Assembly: GCA_964532005.1 (NCBI GenBank)
Contig: CAZHER010000006.1
Coordinates: 1-63,150 of the forward strand
DNA: 63,150 nucleotides
Direction of reading: 5' to 3'
From: an uncultured Candidatus Saccharibacteria bacterium
GTDB taxonomy: Bacteria > Patescibacteriota > Doudnabacteria > UBA920
Position numbers and translations under genes: made by a program. Under the pieces are notes generated by a model. It was not told the DNA's origin. It saw nothing but the letters and a program-made list of their open reading frames with translations, and did no database searches. This document shows, piece after piece, positions 46,301 to 56,352 of the stretch (its first letter is position 1; every line of letters starts with the position of its first letter).

Positions 46301-48115
46301 TTACTTTTTTGTAAAGATTTCTGCTTGTAAATGCTCAACAAACTGCTGGATGCTAATCGACCCCAGATCTTTCTCATTTCTACCTCTGACCGCCACATTG
46401 CCAGATTCAGTCTCTTTGTCGCCGATTACAGCCATATATGGGATTTTTTCACTGCTGGCATCACGGATCTTTTTACCTATAGATTCTGCTCTATCATCAA
46501 TCTCTATTCTAAGATTTTCATTAGCCGCTATTAATTTCTGCTTTACTTCATGTGCACGCTGGATGTGCCTGTCGGCTATTGGAATAATTTTTATCTGGAC
46601 TGGTGAAAGCCACAAAGGAAACGCACCGGCATAGTGTTCAATTAAAATTCCAATAAATCTTTCTAGTGAACCGTATATTACTCTGTGTATCGCGACTGGT
46701 CGCTGCCTGCTACCATCAGCTGCTGTGTACTCTAAGTTAAATTGGCGCGGTTGTTGGAAATCTAGTTGAATTGTTCCCATCTGCCATTCACGACCAAGCA
46801 CATCTTTCATTAATATGTCTACTTTGGGGCCATAGAATGCGCCATCACCTTCTTCTATATAGTACTCTTTACCGCTTTTTTCTAGTATTCTTTTGAGGGC
46901 ATCTTCTGCTTTATTCCAAGTCTCTACATCGCCTAAAAAGCTTTCTGGTCTCGTTCCCAGCCGGAATTTATAGCTTAGATTAAATATTCCATAGAATTTT
47001 TCGGTAATTTCAAAAATTCTTTCATACTCTTCTTCTATTTGATCTTCTGTAATGAAGTTGTGCGAATCGTCTTGTCTGAAAGATCGGACTCGAAATAGAC
47101 CGTTTAATGCGCCGGCAAGTTCATAGCGATGTAAAGTATCTGTATCGGAAAGTCTTAATGGTAAATCGCGATAGCTTCTACTTTTCGATTCAAATACCAA
47201 CATGGCATTTGGACAGTTCATGGCTTTAACACCATATGTCTCGTTGTCATCGCGTTGGGCAATGAACATATTTTCTTGGTAATGGTCCCAATGCCCAGAA
47301 GTCTCCCAAAGCTCCTTTTTATTTACTAAAGGAGCGGAAATTTCTTGGTAGTCTCTCTTTTTATGCTCTTTTCTCCAAAAATCAATCAGTTCATTCATTA
47401 TAGTCATACCCTTAGGGAGCCAATATGGCATACCCGGAGCCGTAGGATGAAACATAAAAAGCTCTAATTGTGGACCTAGTTTTTTGTGGTCTCGCTTTTC
47501 CGCTTCTTCCAAAAGGTTTAAATGATTTTTTAAAGCTTCTTTATTTTCAAAAGCAAGTCCGTAAATACGCTGCAGTTGCGGCTTTTCCTGGTCCCCTCTC
47601 CAATATGCACCGGAAATTTTATACAACATAAATGAACCTTCAGCAATTTCATTGGTGTTGTTAACATGACCACCTCTACATAAGTCAATAAATTTGCCCG
47701 TTTTGTATAGACTTACAACTGGATTTTTTTCTGAGGTATCTTCGAACTTGCCCAAGGAATCGTCACTGTTTAAAATTTGATCTGCTTTGGTTGTGCCAAA
47801 TTTTTCAATATCTGAGATGAGTTCTATTTTGAAAGGCTGGTTTTTTTCCTCAAAAAACCTTTTTGCCTCATCAGTGCTCATTTCTTGACGTTCAAAATCG
47901 AGGTTTTGAGCTGCCAACTCTTGCATCCGTTTTTCTAATTTTGGAAGATCTTCAGGTGTAAGCGGTCTTGGAAGCAAGAAGTCATAATAAAATCCAGACT
48001 CAATAACAGGTCCTACACCTAATTTTGCTTCGGGAAATTGCTCTGTCACTGCCGTTGCAAGCAGGTGAGCAAGCGAGTGTCTCTGGTTATTTAATTGCTC
48101 ATTATTATTTGGCAT
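46301..48115 (-). CDS. thrS: Threonine--tRNA ligase
   Basis: RHSLAH, FYYDF, DLCRGGH, RDHKKLG, KAMNCP, GAFYGPK, TIQLDF and HRVIYGSLERF motifs. ATG 48115 is preferred over the track start at 48157. Confidence 0.97.
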   Translation of the reverse strand: MPNNNEQLNNQRHSLAHLLATAVTEQFPEAKLGVGPVIESGFYYDFLLPRPLTPEDLPKLEKRMQELAAQNLDFERQEMSTDEAKRFFEEKNQPFKIELISDIEKFGTTKADQILNSDDSLGKFEDTSEKNPVVSLYKTGKFIDLCRGGHVNNTNEIAEGSFMLYKISGAYWRGDQEKPQLQRIYGLAFENKEALKNHLNLLEEAEKRDHKKLGPQLELFMFHPTAPGMPYWLPKGMTIMNELIDFWRKEHKKRDYQEISAPLVNKKELWETSGHWDHYQENMFIAQRDDNETYGVKAMNCPNAMLVFESKSRSYRDLPLRLSDTDTLHRYELAGALNGLFRVRSFRQDDSHNFITEDQIEEEYERIFEITEKFYGIFNLSYKFRLGTRPESFLGDVETWNKAEDALKRILEKSGKEYYIEEGDGAFYGPKVDILMKDVLGREWQMGTIQLDFQQPRQFNLEYTAADGSRQRPVAIHRVIYGSLERFIGILIEHYAGAFPLWLSPVQIKIIPIADRHIQRAHEVKQKLIAANENLRIEIDDRAESIGKKIRDASSEKIPYMAVIGDKETESGNVAVRGRNEKDLGSISIQQFVEHLQAEIFTKK

Positions 48116-48276
48116 ATGTTTTATTGTGTTATAGTATAAATTTGAAAATTTGGCCAAAGTGGGGGAAGGATGAAAAGTTATGACATTTTCGCTGTCATTG
48201 TCGGGCTAATTTCGGAAACGACGCTAGTTGTTAGCCGTCTGGTGCATTTCGTTTCACGATTGTTTTAGCTCTTGGC

Positions 48277-48446
48277 AAAAAAAGACCCCAGAACCGTTTT
48301 CGTTATAACGAAAATTTGGTTCTGGGGTCTAACATTTGAGTATAGACGGTTCCGTCCCAGTCCGTTGGCGCTAGGCCAACCTTTTTGAGGTTATGTACTT
48401 AACTCAGTCTCTCCGGTTGGTAGCCGTGTCTTAAACTGAATGTGCT
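48277..48446 (-). promoter_or_regulatory. T-box-like attenuator leader upstream of thrS
   Basis: Antiterminator CUGGG-ACGGAACC-GUCUA..UAGAC-CCCAG overlapping the terminator AGACCCCAGAACC..GGUUCUGGGGUCU-UUUUUU. An ACC (Thr) codon sits in a 5' hairpin loop; TATAAT at 48453-48458. Confidence 0.6.
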
Positions 48447-48458
48447 AAATGTATTATA

Positions 48459-51400
48459 TCACTGTCCGCTGACCTTTGCAATTTGGGGCAAGTTTCGAAG
48501 CGCTTTTATAAAATCGGGATTTACTCTGACTTGAGAATTAGTTTTAAGCTTTTTCTCCCCCGAAGGGCCTGTGATGCTTAGATAGACCTGCGCATATCCT
48601 GGGAAAGCCTCAATTATATCTTTGATCTTCAACAAAGTTTGTTGTGAGCTGTCTGTTAGATGAATAACAACTTCCTTATTTTTTTCCATTTCCGCAAGTG
48701 CCATGCTATACAAGTCGTCATTTGGTAGAGGGGATATATTTTCGGCAATTATTTTAAATTCACCGTCTTTGTCAGAAATTTTGCCAGAAACTTGAACTAT
48801 TTTATCTAGGTCCAGATAGGGCATGGCTTCTGCCATAACTTTTGGAAAAACCAAGACCTCTACATTTCCCGAAGGATCCTGTAAAGTGAAAAAAGCCATT
48901 GGATCGTTTTTTTTCGTTAAAGTTCGCTTGTATTTTGTTATTAATCCACCTATTTCTAGAGTGCTATTTGTAGGCAATTCCGCCAGAGCAGCAATTTTTG
49001 TATAACCTGACAGCACCGTTTGGTAGCTGTCTAGCGGATGCGCTGAAACATACAATCCCAGATATTCTTTTTCCCACACTAGTTTTTGATCCATAGGAGC
49101 TTGTTCGGTATCCTTTAGGATAATTTTTCCAAAATTGGAATTTGCTCCAAACAAGGATGCTTGCTGGCTTTTGCTTTCCTGGGTGTGTTCACGTAGAAAA
49201 TTGAGAACTGTTTCAGTGTTAAATAATAGCTGGTTTCTTTCCCCAAACTTATCCATAGCCCCAGATTTAACAAGTGCTTCCCAAGATTTTTTGTTAAGAT
49301 TTTTTGTTTGGCACTTAATGAGAAAATCTTGCAGATTTTCGAATTTGATCCCAGCCTTATGGCAAGAAATTATTTTTTCAACTACGTCAGATCCAAGATT
49401 TTTAACTGCATTCAGACCGAACCGGATTGTTTTTTCGTTTATTACGGTAAAGTTGTCGTAAGATTCAGTTACATCCGGTGGCAAAACATCTATTCCTAAA
49501 TTTCGACACTCTTCTACTGCTGCGTAAATCTTTTCTTCATCACCAGACTCAGCCGTCATGACAGCAGCCATGAATTCAACCGAATAATTGGCTTTCATAA
49601 AGGCTGTCTGATACGACACAACCGCATATGATGCGGAATGCGCTTTATTGAAACCATATGCCGCAAATGGTTCTATCCAGTTCCATACTTCATTAGCTTT
49701 GGCATGGCTCCAGCCGCTGGTATCCTGGCAACCTTGGATGAATTTAATTTTTTGCTTTGCCATTTCAGCAGGTATTTTCTTTCCAACTGCTTTTCGAAAT
49801 TTATCTACCTCTTCCAAAGTATACCCCGCCAAGTCGTGGGCAATTGTTAACAGATCGTCTTGGTAAACCAAGATTCCATAAGACCGTTGCAGGATTTTTT
49901 CGAGTGCCGGATCTAAATAGGTAACTAGGTCCGGATTGTTCTTTCTCCTAATGTAGTCGGGTAGGAATTGCATAGGACCTGGCCGGTACAAAGCTATCAT
50001 GGCCATGATTTCGAAGATTGTATTTGGCTTCAGGTCGCGTAAATAATGGGTCATTCCTGACGATCCAAGTTGGAAAACCCCAAAGGTTAACCCATCTGAT
50101 AGTAGTTTGAAAGTTTTGGGATCAGGGTGTGGAAGATTGTAAATATCAACATCAACTTTGTGTCGTATTCTTACTAATTTTACAGCTTCTTCAAGAATGG
50201 AAAGGTTTCGAATTCCGAGAAGATCCAGCTTGATAACTCCAATAGCATCCCCTTTGGCGTTAACATCCAAGGAGTACATGTCGTATTGTGTAATTTGTCT
50301 GTCGCCGTCAGGTTCGCGTTGTAGCGGCATGTACTGAGTTAACGGTTCCGGTGTGATTACTATCCCAGCCGCGTGAATAGAGGCATGCCTTGCACAACCC
50401 TCCAGTTTCTTTGCAATGTCCAATATTTTGTGGGTTTCTGGATCTTGGGTATAAACCTGCTTCAATTCTTGATTCATATCCAAAGCTTTATCCAGTGTCA
50501 TATCAAAACCTTGTTTGCCAAGAGGAATCATTTTGGCAATCCTATCGCACTTACTGTATGAAACTCCTAGAGCTCGTCCAACATCACGTACCGCAGCCCT
50601 TGCCTTCATTGTCCCAAAAGTTATTATTTGGGCAACTTTTTCCTTTCCAAACTCATTTGTCATCCACTCAATAACTTCATCCCGGCGGTTATCAGCAATA
50701 TCCAGGTCAATATCCGGGGGAGTGGGACGGTGCAAAGTCAGAAAACGTTCAAATGGCAGTTCGTAGTATAAAGGGTCAACATTGGTAATTCCTAGGATTT
50801 TTCCGACAATACTCCCGGCTGCGGAGCCTCTGGTGTTGGTGAACGCTTTCAGGTCACGCGCCCCTTCTACTACACGGGCCACCATTAAAAAATATGGGGC
50901 AAATCCTTTGGTGCAAATAATATCCAGCTCGTAATTGATCCGTTCTAGCACTTTTTCCGGAACCACGCTATTTTGTCCGTTGTATGAAATTTGTGCTTTC
51001 TCAAGAACAATTTTTCTAAGGTAGTCTTCTGAAGTGGTTCCGGCAGGAATTTTTACTTTTGGGAAATAGCGTTGGTTTGTAGGGATTTCCAATTCACACT
51101 GTTCAGCAATAATTTGAGTATTTGCTAAGGCTTCTGGTATGTCCGAAAATAATTGTTCCATTTCTTCTATGCTTCTGAACGATAAGTTGTGCGTCCTCAT
51201 ATCAAGACGGTTAGGATCATCTACTGTTTTTCCGGTCCCAATGCACACCATCACATCCTGTGCTTCCGCATCATCTTCGTGAATATAATGACTATCTGCA
51301 GTTGCCACTATCCCTACATTATGAATTTTTCCTAACTTGATGAGTTTGTTGTTGAGTTCGTCTTGTGCAGATTTATCTGCAGAATCAAGCGCATTTCGCT

Positions 51401-51920
51401 GGATTTCCAAGTAAAAATTTTCCCGACCAAAAATTTGTAAATACAGGTTCAGCTTTTTGCCTGCTTCCTGCTCGGAAATTCCTATAGCCTTAGGAATCTC
51501 TCCCGTTTGACATCCGGACAGCGCAATCAATCCATCACTGTATTTGCTGAGTACTTCTTTGTCCACTCTAGGTTTGTAGTAGAATCCTTCAGTACTGGCA
51601 ATAGTTGCGAGTTTCATTAAGTTCAGGTAACCTTGATAATTTTTTGCCAGCAAAGTCAGATGGAAATAATTTGCATCCTGGCGTCCTTCCTTGTCGTTCA
51701 GACTCCTGGGCGCAATGTAAGCTTCCATTCCAATTATAGGTTTGATGTTTGCTGTTTTGCAGGCGTTGTAAAATTCGATCGCACCATACATTGATCCATG
51801 ATCCGTTATGGCAATGGCTTCCATTCCTTTTTCCGAGGCAGCCTGAACCAGGTCGTCAATTTTAGACAGACCGTCTAGAAGCGAGTAATGAGTATGACAG
51901 TGAAGGTGAGTGAATGACAT
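48459..51920 (-). CDS. dnaE: DNA polymerase III alpha subunit
   Basis: PHP HLHCHTHYSLLDG, RGSAAGS, PDIDLD, IKLDLLG, YGFNKAHS motifs and OB fold. No intein. Confidence 0.97.
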   Translation of the reverse strand: MSFTHLHCHTHYSLLDGLSKIDDLVQAASEKGMEAIAITDHGSMYGAIEFYNACKTANIKPIIGMEAYIAPRSLNDKEGRQDANYFHLTLLAKNYQGYLNLMKLATIASTEGFYYKPRVDKEVLSKYSDGLIALSGCQTGEIPKAIGISEQEAGKKLNLYLQIFGRENFYLEIQRNALDSADKSAQDELNNKLIKLGKIHNVGIVATADSHYIHEDDAEAQDVMVCIGTGKTVDDPNRLDMRTHNLSFRSIEEMEQLFSDIPEALANTQIIAEQCELEIPTNQRYFPKVKIPAGTTSEDYLRKIVLEKAQISYNGQNSVVPEKVLERINYELDIICTKGFAPYFLMVARVVEGARDLKAFTNTRGSAAGSIVGKILGITNVDPLYYELPFERFLTLHRPTPPDIDLDIADNRRDEVIEWMTNEFGKEKVAQIITFGTMKARAAVRDVGRALGVSYSKCDRIAKMIPLGKQGFDMTLDKALDMNQELKQVYTQDPETHKILDIAKKLEGCARHASIHAAGIVITPEPLTQYMPLQREPDGDRQITQYDMYSLDVNAKGDAIGVIKLDLLGIRNLSILEEAVKLVRIRHKVDVDIYNLPHPDPKTFKLLSDGLTFGVFQLGSSGMTHYLRDLKPNTIFEIMAMIALYRPGPMQFLPDYIRRKNNPDLVTYLDPALEKILQRSYGILVYQDDLLTIAHDLAGYTLEEVDKFRKAVGKKIPAEMAKQKIKFIQGCQDTSGWSHAKANEVWNWIEPFAAYGFNKAHSASYAVVSYQTAFMKANYSVEFMAAVMTAESGDEEKIYAAVEECRNLGIDVLPPDVTESYDNFTVINEKTIRFGLNAVKNLGSDVVEKIISCHKAGIKFENLQDFLIKCQTKNLNKKSWEALVKSGAMDKFGERNQLLFNTETVLNFLREHTQESKSQQASLFGANSNFGKIILKDTEQAPMDQKLVWEKEYLGLYVSAHPLDSYQTVLSGYTKIAALAELPTNSTLEIGGLITKYKRTLTKKNDPMAFFTLQDPSGNVEVLVFPKVMAEAMPYLDLDKIVQVSGKISDKDGEFKIIAENISPLPNDDLYSMALAEMEKNKEVVIHLTDSSQQTLLKIKDIIEAFPGYAQVYLSITGPSGEKKLKTNSQVRVNPDFIKALRNLPQIAKVSGQ

Positions 51921-51965
51921 TCGATATAACTATTTGCTATACTATAGCTATAATAACATAACAGG

Positions 51966-52853
51966 ATGTCTGAAATACAAGACAAATTAAAGGTGGCAGC
52001 AGAGACTGCGGTAATTGCCGGAGAAGAGTCGGGATTAGCCGTAAAAGGATTTTTTACTTCTATGGCCCGGTGGCAGAAAATTGTTTTTTTTGCCGGATTA
52101 ATTTTGATTATTCCGGCTTATTACGGCGCTTACTATAGCTCTCACTATTTTGCCAAATCTAGTTTGAACGACAAGCTAATAAAAGCCCATACAGCTCATA
52201 TTGAAACCAGGAATGTTTCTGTCACAGAGGTAACAATCCTACCTGTCACAGCAAATCAATATACCGCTTATTTTCAAGTGACAAATCCAAATTTGGATCT
52301 GGGCGCCGTCAATGTTCCATATACCGTTGATTTTTATAATGAGAATAAGGAACAGATTTATTCTGCTAACGGAACTTTTTACATAATACCTGACCAAAAA
52401 AAATATGTTGTCGTACCAAGAATTGATAGTACAGAGGAGATAGCCAAAGCTGAAGTAAAATTGGGTGATGTTAAATGGCAAAAGAAGCCTGATTTACCCA
52501 AAGTTGAATTTAAAACTCCGAACCCTGAAATATTCGACCAGGATATTACCACTGTGTCTCAACTGACAGTTGAAGGGTCTATTATCAACGATAGCGAGTA
52601 TAAAATCAAAAAGACAAGCATTGTTTTATTGGTTTATGGTAAGACCAATAGGATCGTGGGCATAAATGTTAGGGAAGAAAGAGATATTGTAGCTTTTGGC
52701 AGAAGGGCATACAAACAAACGTGGCCGAATCTGTCCTCATCCGATATAAGCAGGGTTGAAGTTTACACTGATGTCAATATATTGGACAAATCAAATTTAG
52801 AGTTGAGCAGTGATAATTTAACTCCAGTCTCAGATATTCCTGACCTAAGGTAG
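51966..52853 (+). CDS. Membrane-anchored protein with Ig-like (FxLYD-type) domains, hypothetical
   Basis: N-terminal TM, VTNPN..YTVDFY and VEGSIINDS..IVLLVYG beta patterns. Confidence 0.65.
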   Translation: MSEIQDKLKVAAETAVIAGEESGLAVKGFFTSMARWQKIVFFAGLILIIPAYYGAYYSSHYFAKSSLNDKLIKAHTAHIETRNVSVTEVTILPVTANQYTAYFQVTNPNLDLGAVNVPYTVDFYNENKEQIYSANGTFYIIPDQKKYVVVPRIDSTEEIAKAEVKLGDVKWQKKPDLPKVEFKTPNPEIFDQDITTVSQLTVEGSIINDSEYKIKKTSIVLLVYGKTNRIVGINVREERDIVAFGRRAYKQTWPNLSSSDISRVEVYTDVNILDKSNLELSSDNLTPVSDIPDLR

Positions 52854-52863
52854 GGATTTTGGA

Positions 52864-53964
52864 ATGAAAACTTTTTTTGAAAGATTTAAATATTTTGACT
52901 TACCACTGCTGATAATCAGCAGTTTGCTAATTTTGGCAGGATTGGCTGTTTTGTATGCGACTTCGCGTTCGGGAGACACAATGGAAATTTTCTACAGACA
53001 GTCGGTGTATGTTGCTGTTGGGATCGTTTTATTTATATTGTTTTCATGGTCCAACTACCAGCAATTAGCAAAGTTAAACCGTGTTGCCTACGTTGTGCTT
53101 TTGTTTTTGTTGGCCTATTTAATTATTTTTGGAGATCCTATTAGAGGAAGCGCTAGGTGGATTGATTTAGGAGTATTTAACTTCCAGCCTGCTGAGTTTG
53201 CAAAACTCGTTGCAATATTGGGGCTGGCGCGTTGGTTGTATTTGAGACGTGGACAGATAAATTCCTTTTCTAGCATAATTTTGACTTTTATCTATGCGGT
53301 TGTGCCAGCGGTTCTGATTTTTCTTGAACCAGACTTAGGGTCAGCATCTGTTATCATGGTTATTTGGTTTGGTATGCTCTACATTAGTAAAATTAAAAAA
53401 TTATATTTAGTGGCAGTGATACTCCTCGTTGTTTTGGCAGCTGCTTTTAGCTGGGAGTTTGTCTTGCATGATTATCAAAAAAATCGAGTGGAAGTATTTT
53501 TAAACCCTTCATTGGATCTTAAAGACACTGGTTATAATGTCAGGCAGGCTATTATTGCGGTTGGTAGCGGGCAGCTTACTGGGCGGGGACTAGGCAAGGG
53601 ACTTCAGAGCCAATTAAAATTTTTACCAGAACGTCAGACCGATTTTATTTTTGCTTCCGCTTCTGAAGAGATAGGATTCGTTGGGTGCGTCGGACTGCTG
53701 GCACTGTATTATATGTTTGCTTGGAGGCTTATTGTAATTATGCGAAGAGCTAAGGATGATTTAGGGTACTATATTGTGGGTGGTGCTTTGTTTATGTTTT
53801 TTACCCAAGTTACTGTCAATATCGGAATAAACTTAGGTTTAGTACCAGTAACCGGCATTCCTCTGCCGTTCTTGAGTTACGGGGGTAGTTCTTTAATGGT
53901 AATGATGATAGCTATGGGACTGGTTCAGAGCGTGGTCCGGCAATCTAAGGTTTTGAGGTTTTAG
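52864..53964 (+). CDS. rodA: Rod shape-determining protein RodA (SEDS)
   Basis: RGSARWI..FQPAEFAK, EPDLG, HDYQKNR, GYNVRQ, PERQTDFIF and TGIPLPFLSYGGSS motifs. Confidence 0.93.
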   Translation: MKTFFERFKYFDLPLLIISSLLILAGLAVLYATSRSGDTMEIFYRQSVYVAVGIVLFILFSWSNYQQLAKLNRVAYVVLLFLLAYLIIFGDPIRGSARWIDLGVFNFQPAEFAKLVAILGLARWLYLRRGQINSFSSIILTFIYAVVPAVLIFLEPDLGSASVIMVIWFGMLYISKIKKLYLVAVILLVVLAAAFSWEFVLHDYQKNRVEVFLNPSLDLKDTGYNVRQAIIAVGSGQLTGRGLGKGLQSQLKFLPERQTDFIFASASEEIGFVGCVGLLALYYMFAWRLIVIMRRAKDDLGYYIVGGALFMFFTQVTVNIGINLGLVPVTGIPLPFLSYGGSSLMVMMIAMGLVQSVVRQSKVLRF

Positions 53965-53989
53965 TGGCTGATGGTATAATATAGCTAAT

Positions 53990-54349
53990 ATGATGAAAAA
54001 TATGGATTTTAAAAAGGTTATTGCATGGCTTGGGCTAATTTTGCGCTGTCCGATTTGTAATCAGAAATATGACCTTGGCAAGATCGATCTTCTTGAAAGT
54101 GATCACGGTGAAGAAGGTGATACTCATTTATTGATTCATTCAGATTGCAACAGGTGCAAAAGCTCAGTTATGTTCAACATAGATATTAACGGGCCCGAGG
54201 TATACAGTGTTGGTATGATTACAGATTTAACCAGCAAGGACAGTGCAAAATTCAGCAAATACCAACCATTGAATATTGATGATTGCATTGCCATACACAG
54301 GGGTCTAAAAAACTTTCAAGGTGACCTGGTAAAAGCCATTGGAAATTAG
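53990..54349 (+). CDS. Hypothetical Zn-binding protein (CPxC..HxxCxxC)
   Basis: RCPIC and HSDCNRC motifs; TATAAT just upstream. Confidence 0.75.
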   Translation: MMKNMDFKKVIAWLGLILRCPICNQKYDLGKIDLLESDHGEEGDTHLLIHSDCNRCKSSVMFNIDINGPEVYSVGMITDLTSKDSAKFSKYQPLNIDDCIAIHRGLKNFQGDLVKAIGN

Positions 54350-54465
54350 CTTTTAGTTGAGAGAATTTAAAAAAAGCTCTTAATTTAGAGCTTTTTTTAT
54401 TTACCACTTGCATATTTTAGTGAAAATTGGTAAAATATCGCAGTATTTACTAAATTATTTCTCAG

Positions 54466-55131
54466 ATGGAAAAAATTCAAATTGAAGGTCAAGCGCGAGA
54501 CCTTGAGACTACTGTAGTCAAGCAGATGCGCCAAGAGGGGATGATCCCGGCTGAATTGTACGGACATAATGTACCAAACGTTCACTTGAGCATAAATCAA
54601 AATACTTTTGAAAAAGTTTTGCGTAAAGCCGGTGAAAGTACCATTATTGAATTAAAAGACCCAGAGGGTAAGGTCCATAATGTACTAATTCAAGAAGTGC
54701 AGAAACATTATTTGACCAGCAAGCCTATTCACGTTGACTTTTATGAAGTTAAAATGACCGAAAAGTTGACCGCTACCGTTGAATTACAATTTACTGGTGA
54801 AGCAAAAGCAGTCCGTGAATTGGGTGGTACATTGGTTAAAGTTATTAATGAAGTAGAAGTAGAGTGCTTACCTGCGGATCTACCGAGTCATATTGAAGTA
54901 GACATTGCAAAGCTGCAAACTTTTGAGGATGCTATTTTAATCAAAGATCTCGCTGTTGACAGTAAGGTTTCAATTAATGCAGACCCTGAAGAAGTGGTTG
55001 CCAAAGTTCAACCTCCAAGAGATGTTGAAGCAGAGCTTTCAGAACCTGTTGGTGAAATTGACATCAGTAAAGTAGAAGGTGTTGCCGAGGCTTCAGCAGG
55101 AGAAGAGGCGCCAGCTGAAGAGAAAAAGTAA
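54466..55131 (+). CDS. rplY: 50S ribosomal protein L25 (Ctc type)
   Basis: IPAELYGH, IHVDFY, ECLPADLP motifs and acidic tail. Confidence 0.95.
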   Translation: MEKIQIEGQARDLETTVVKQMRQEGMIPAELYGHNVPNVHLSINQNTFEKVLRKAGESTIIELKDPEGKVHNVLIQEVQKHYLTSKPIHVDFYEVKMTEKLTATVELQFTGEAKAVRELGGTLVKVINEVEVECLPADLPSHIEVDIAKLQTFEDAILIKDLAVDSKVSINADPEEVVAKVQPPRDVEAELSEPVGEIDISKVEGVAEASAGEEAPAEEKK

Positions 55132-55211
55132 TTTCTTAAAATAAATTTTTAAACTCCCGCAAAATGCGGGAGTTTTTATAATGTGTGGTAAAAGTTTGAT
55201 AGAATATATAT

Positions 55212-55538
55212 ATGACCCACCCACAAGCGCACATAACTAAAAGAAAAATAAGTAAATTAAAACCATATCCGAGCAATGACAGGCGAGTTCGCATTTTAGA
55301 TAAAGTAATATATGTCGTAGGAGTTTTGGGTCCGATAATGACTATACCACAAGTTTGGCAAATTTGGATGCTCGGAAAGTATGATGGCGTATCCATAACA
55401 ACCTGGTCGGCGTATCTGCTTTTTTCCTTGGCATGGACTTTATATGGTTATGTTCACAAAGAATTAGCCATTGTAGTTTCTAGTGCCCTCAGCTTGGCAG
55501 TTCAACTACTAGTTGTTATGGGGATTTTGTTCCTATGA
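55212..55538 (+). CDS. SemiSWEET/PQ-loop family small transporter
   Basis: GPIMTIPQVWQIW, GVSITTW and WTLYG motifs. Confidence 0.8.
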   Translation: MTHPQAHITKRKISKLKPYPSNDRRVRILDKVIYVVGVLGPIMTIPQVWQIWMLGKYDGVSITTWSAYLLFSLAWTLYGYVHKELAIVVSSALSLAVQLLVVMGILFL

Positions 55539-56342
55539 TAAGCTGATTTTTGCGTATCTGACCAAATGATTGTAGTCTTTGAAAAAATCAGCCTTTAAAG
55601 GGAGATTTTTTTTCTTTATATGGTTCTTTATATATTTTTTGCTAGTTGGATCCAACTCAACAAAAGCTAGTCCCTCGGGCTCCAAATGAGAGATTAGCTG
55701 ATCTAGCAACTTAGTAATAAGTTTATTATTGTTTGAACCATCTGTTAAAGCTGAGACAGGTTCATATTTTAAATTTTTATACAGTTTTTTGAAATCTACC
55801 ATCGGCACATAGGGTAGGTTTGCGGTAATTAGATGAAATTTTCCCGGTATATTTTGAAACAGATTGCTGTGGGTAAATTGTATTTTTGCTTTGTAAACTT
55901 TGCTATTGTGCTTTGCCACCCGCAATGAACCGGTAGAAATATCAGAAGCATAATACTTTGCCTTACTCCCCATATTTTTGGCAATACTGATAATAATATT
56001 TCCCGAGCCTGTACCAATATCTAAAATTTTGGGTTTTTTGTGTTTTTTCTTTGCGCATTCAATAGCTTGATCTACTAACCATTCGCTCTCCGGGCGGGGG
56101 ATTAACACATTTTTATTTACTTTAAAATCTAGTCCGTAGAATCCCTTGTGTCCTACAATATAGGCTAGTGGAATTCCTTTTTTAAGGTCTAGATACTTTC
56201 GAGAAAAGATTCTTAATTTATTTGTTGGGATCGGTCTTCGAGGGTTCAAATATAAGAACTCCCTTGGTTGCTTTAGCGTATGGGCCAATAGGAGTTCTGT
56301 ATCAGGAAGCTTATATTTTTTTAATACTTGAGCAATGGTCAC
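55533..56342 (-). CDS. prmC: Release factor glutamine methyltransferase
   Basis: GIPLAYIVG, VLIPRPESE, LDIGTGSG and ANLPY motifs. Confidence 0.93.
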   Translation of the reverse strand: MTIAQVLKKYKLPDTELLLAHTLKQPREFLYLNPRRPIPTNKLRIFSRKYLDLKKGIPLAYIVGHKGFYGLDFKVNKNVLIPRPESEWLVDQAIECAKKKHKKPKILDIGTGSGNIIISIAKNMGSKAKYYASDISTGSLRVAKHNSKVYKAKIQFTHSNLFQNIPGKFHLITANLPYVPMVDFKKLYKNLKYEPVSALTDGSNNNKLITKLLDQLISHLEPEGLAFVELDPTSKKYIKNHIKKKNLPLKADFFKDYNHLVRYAKISLS

Positions 56343-56352
56343 ACAATTTCCT

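Noticed and set aside
38832-51920. Inteins or introns in dnaB and dnaE
   Set aside because: Both proteins have normal lengths and continuous motifs, with no LAGLIDADG or Hint insertions.
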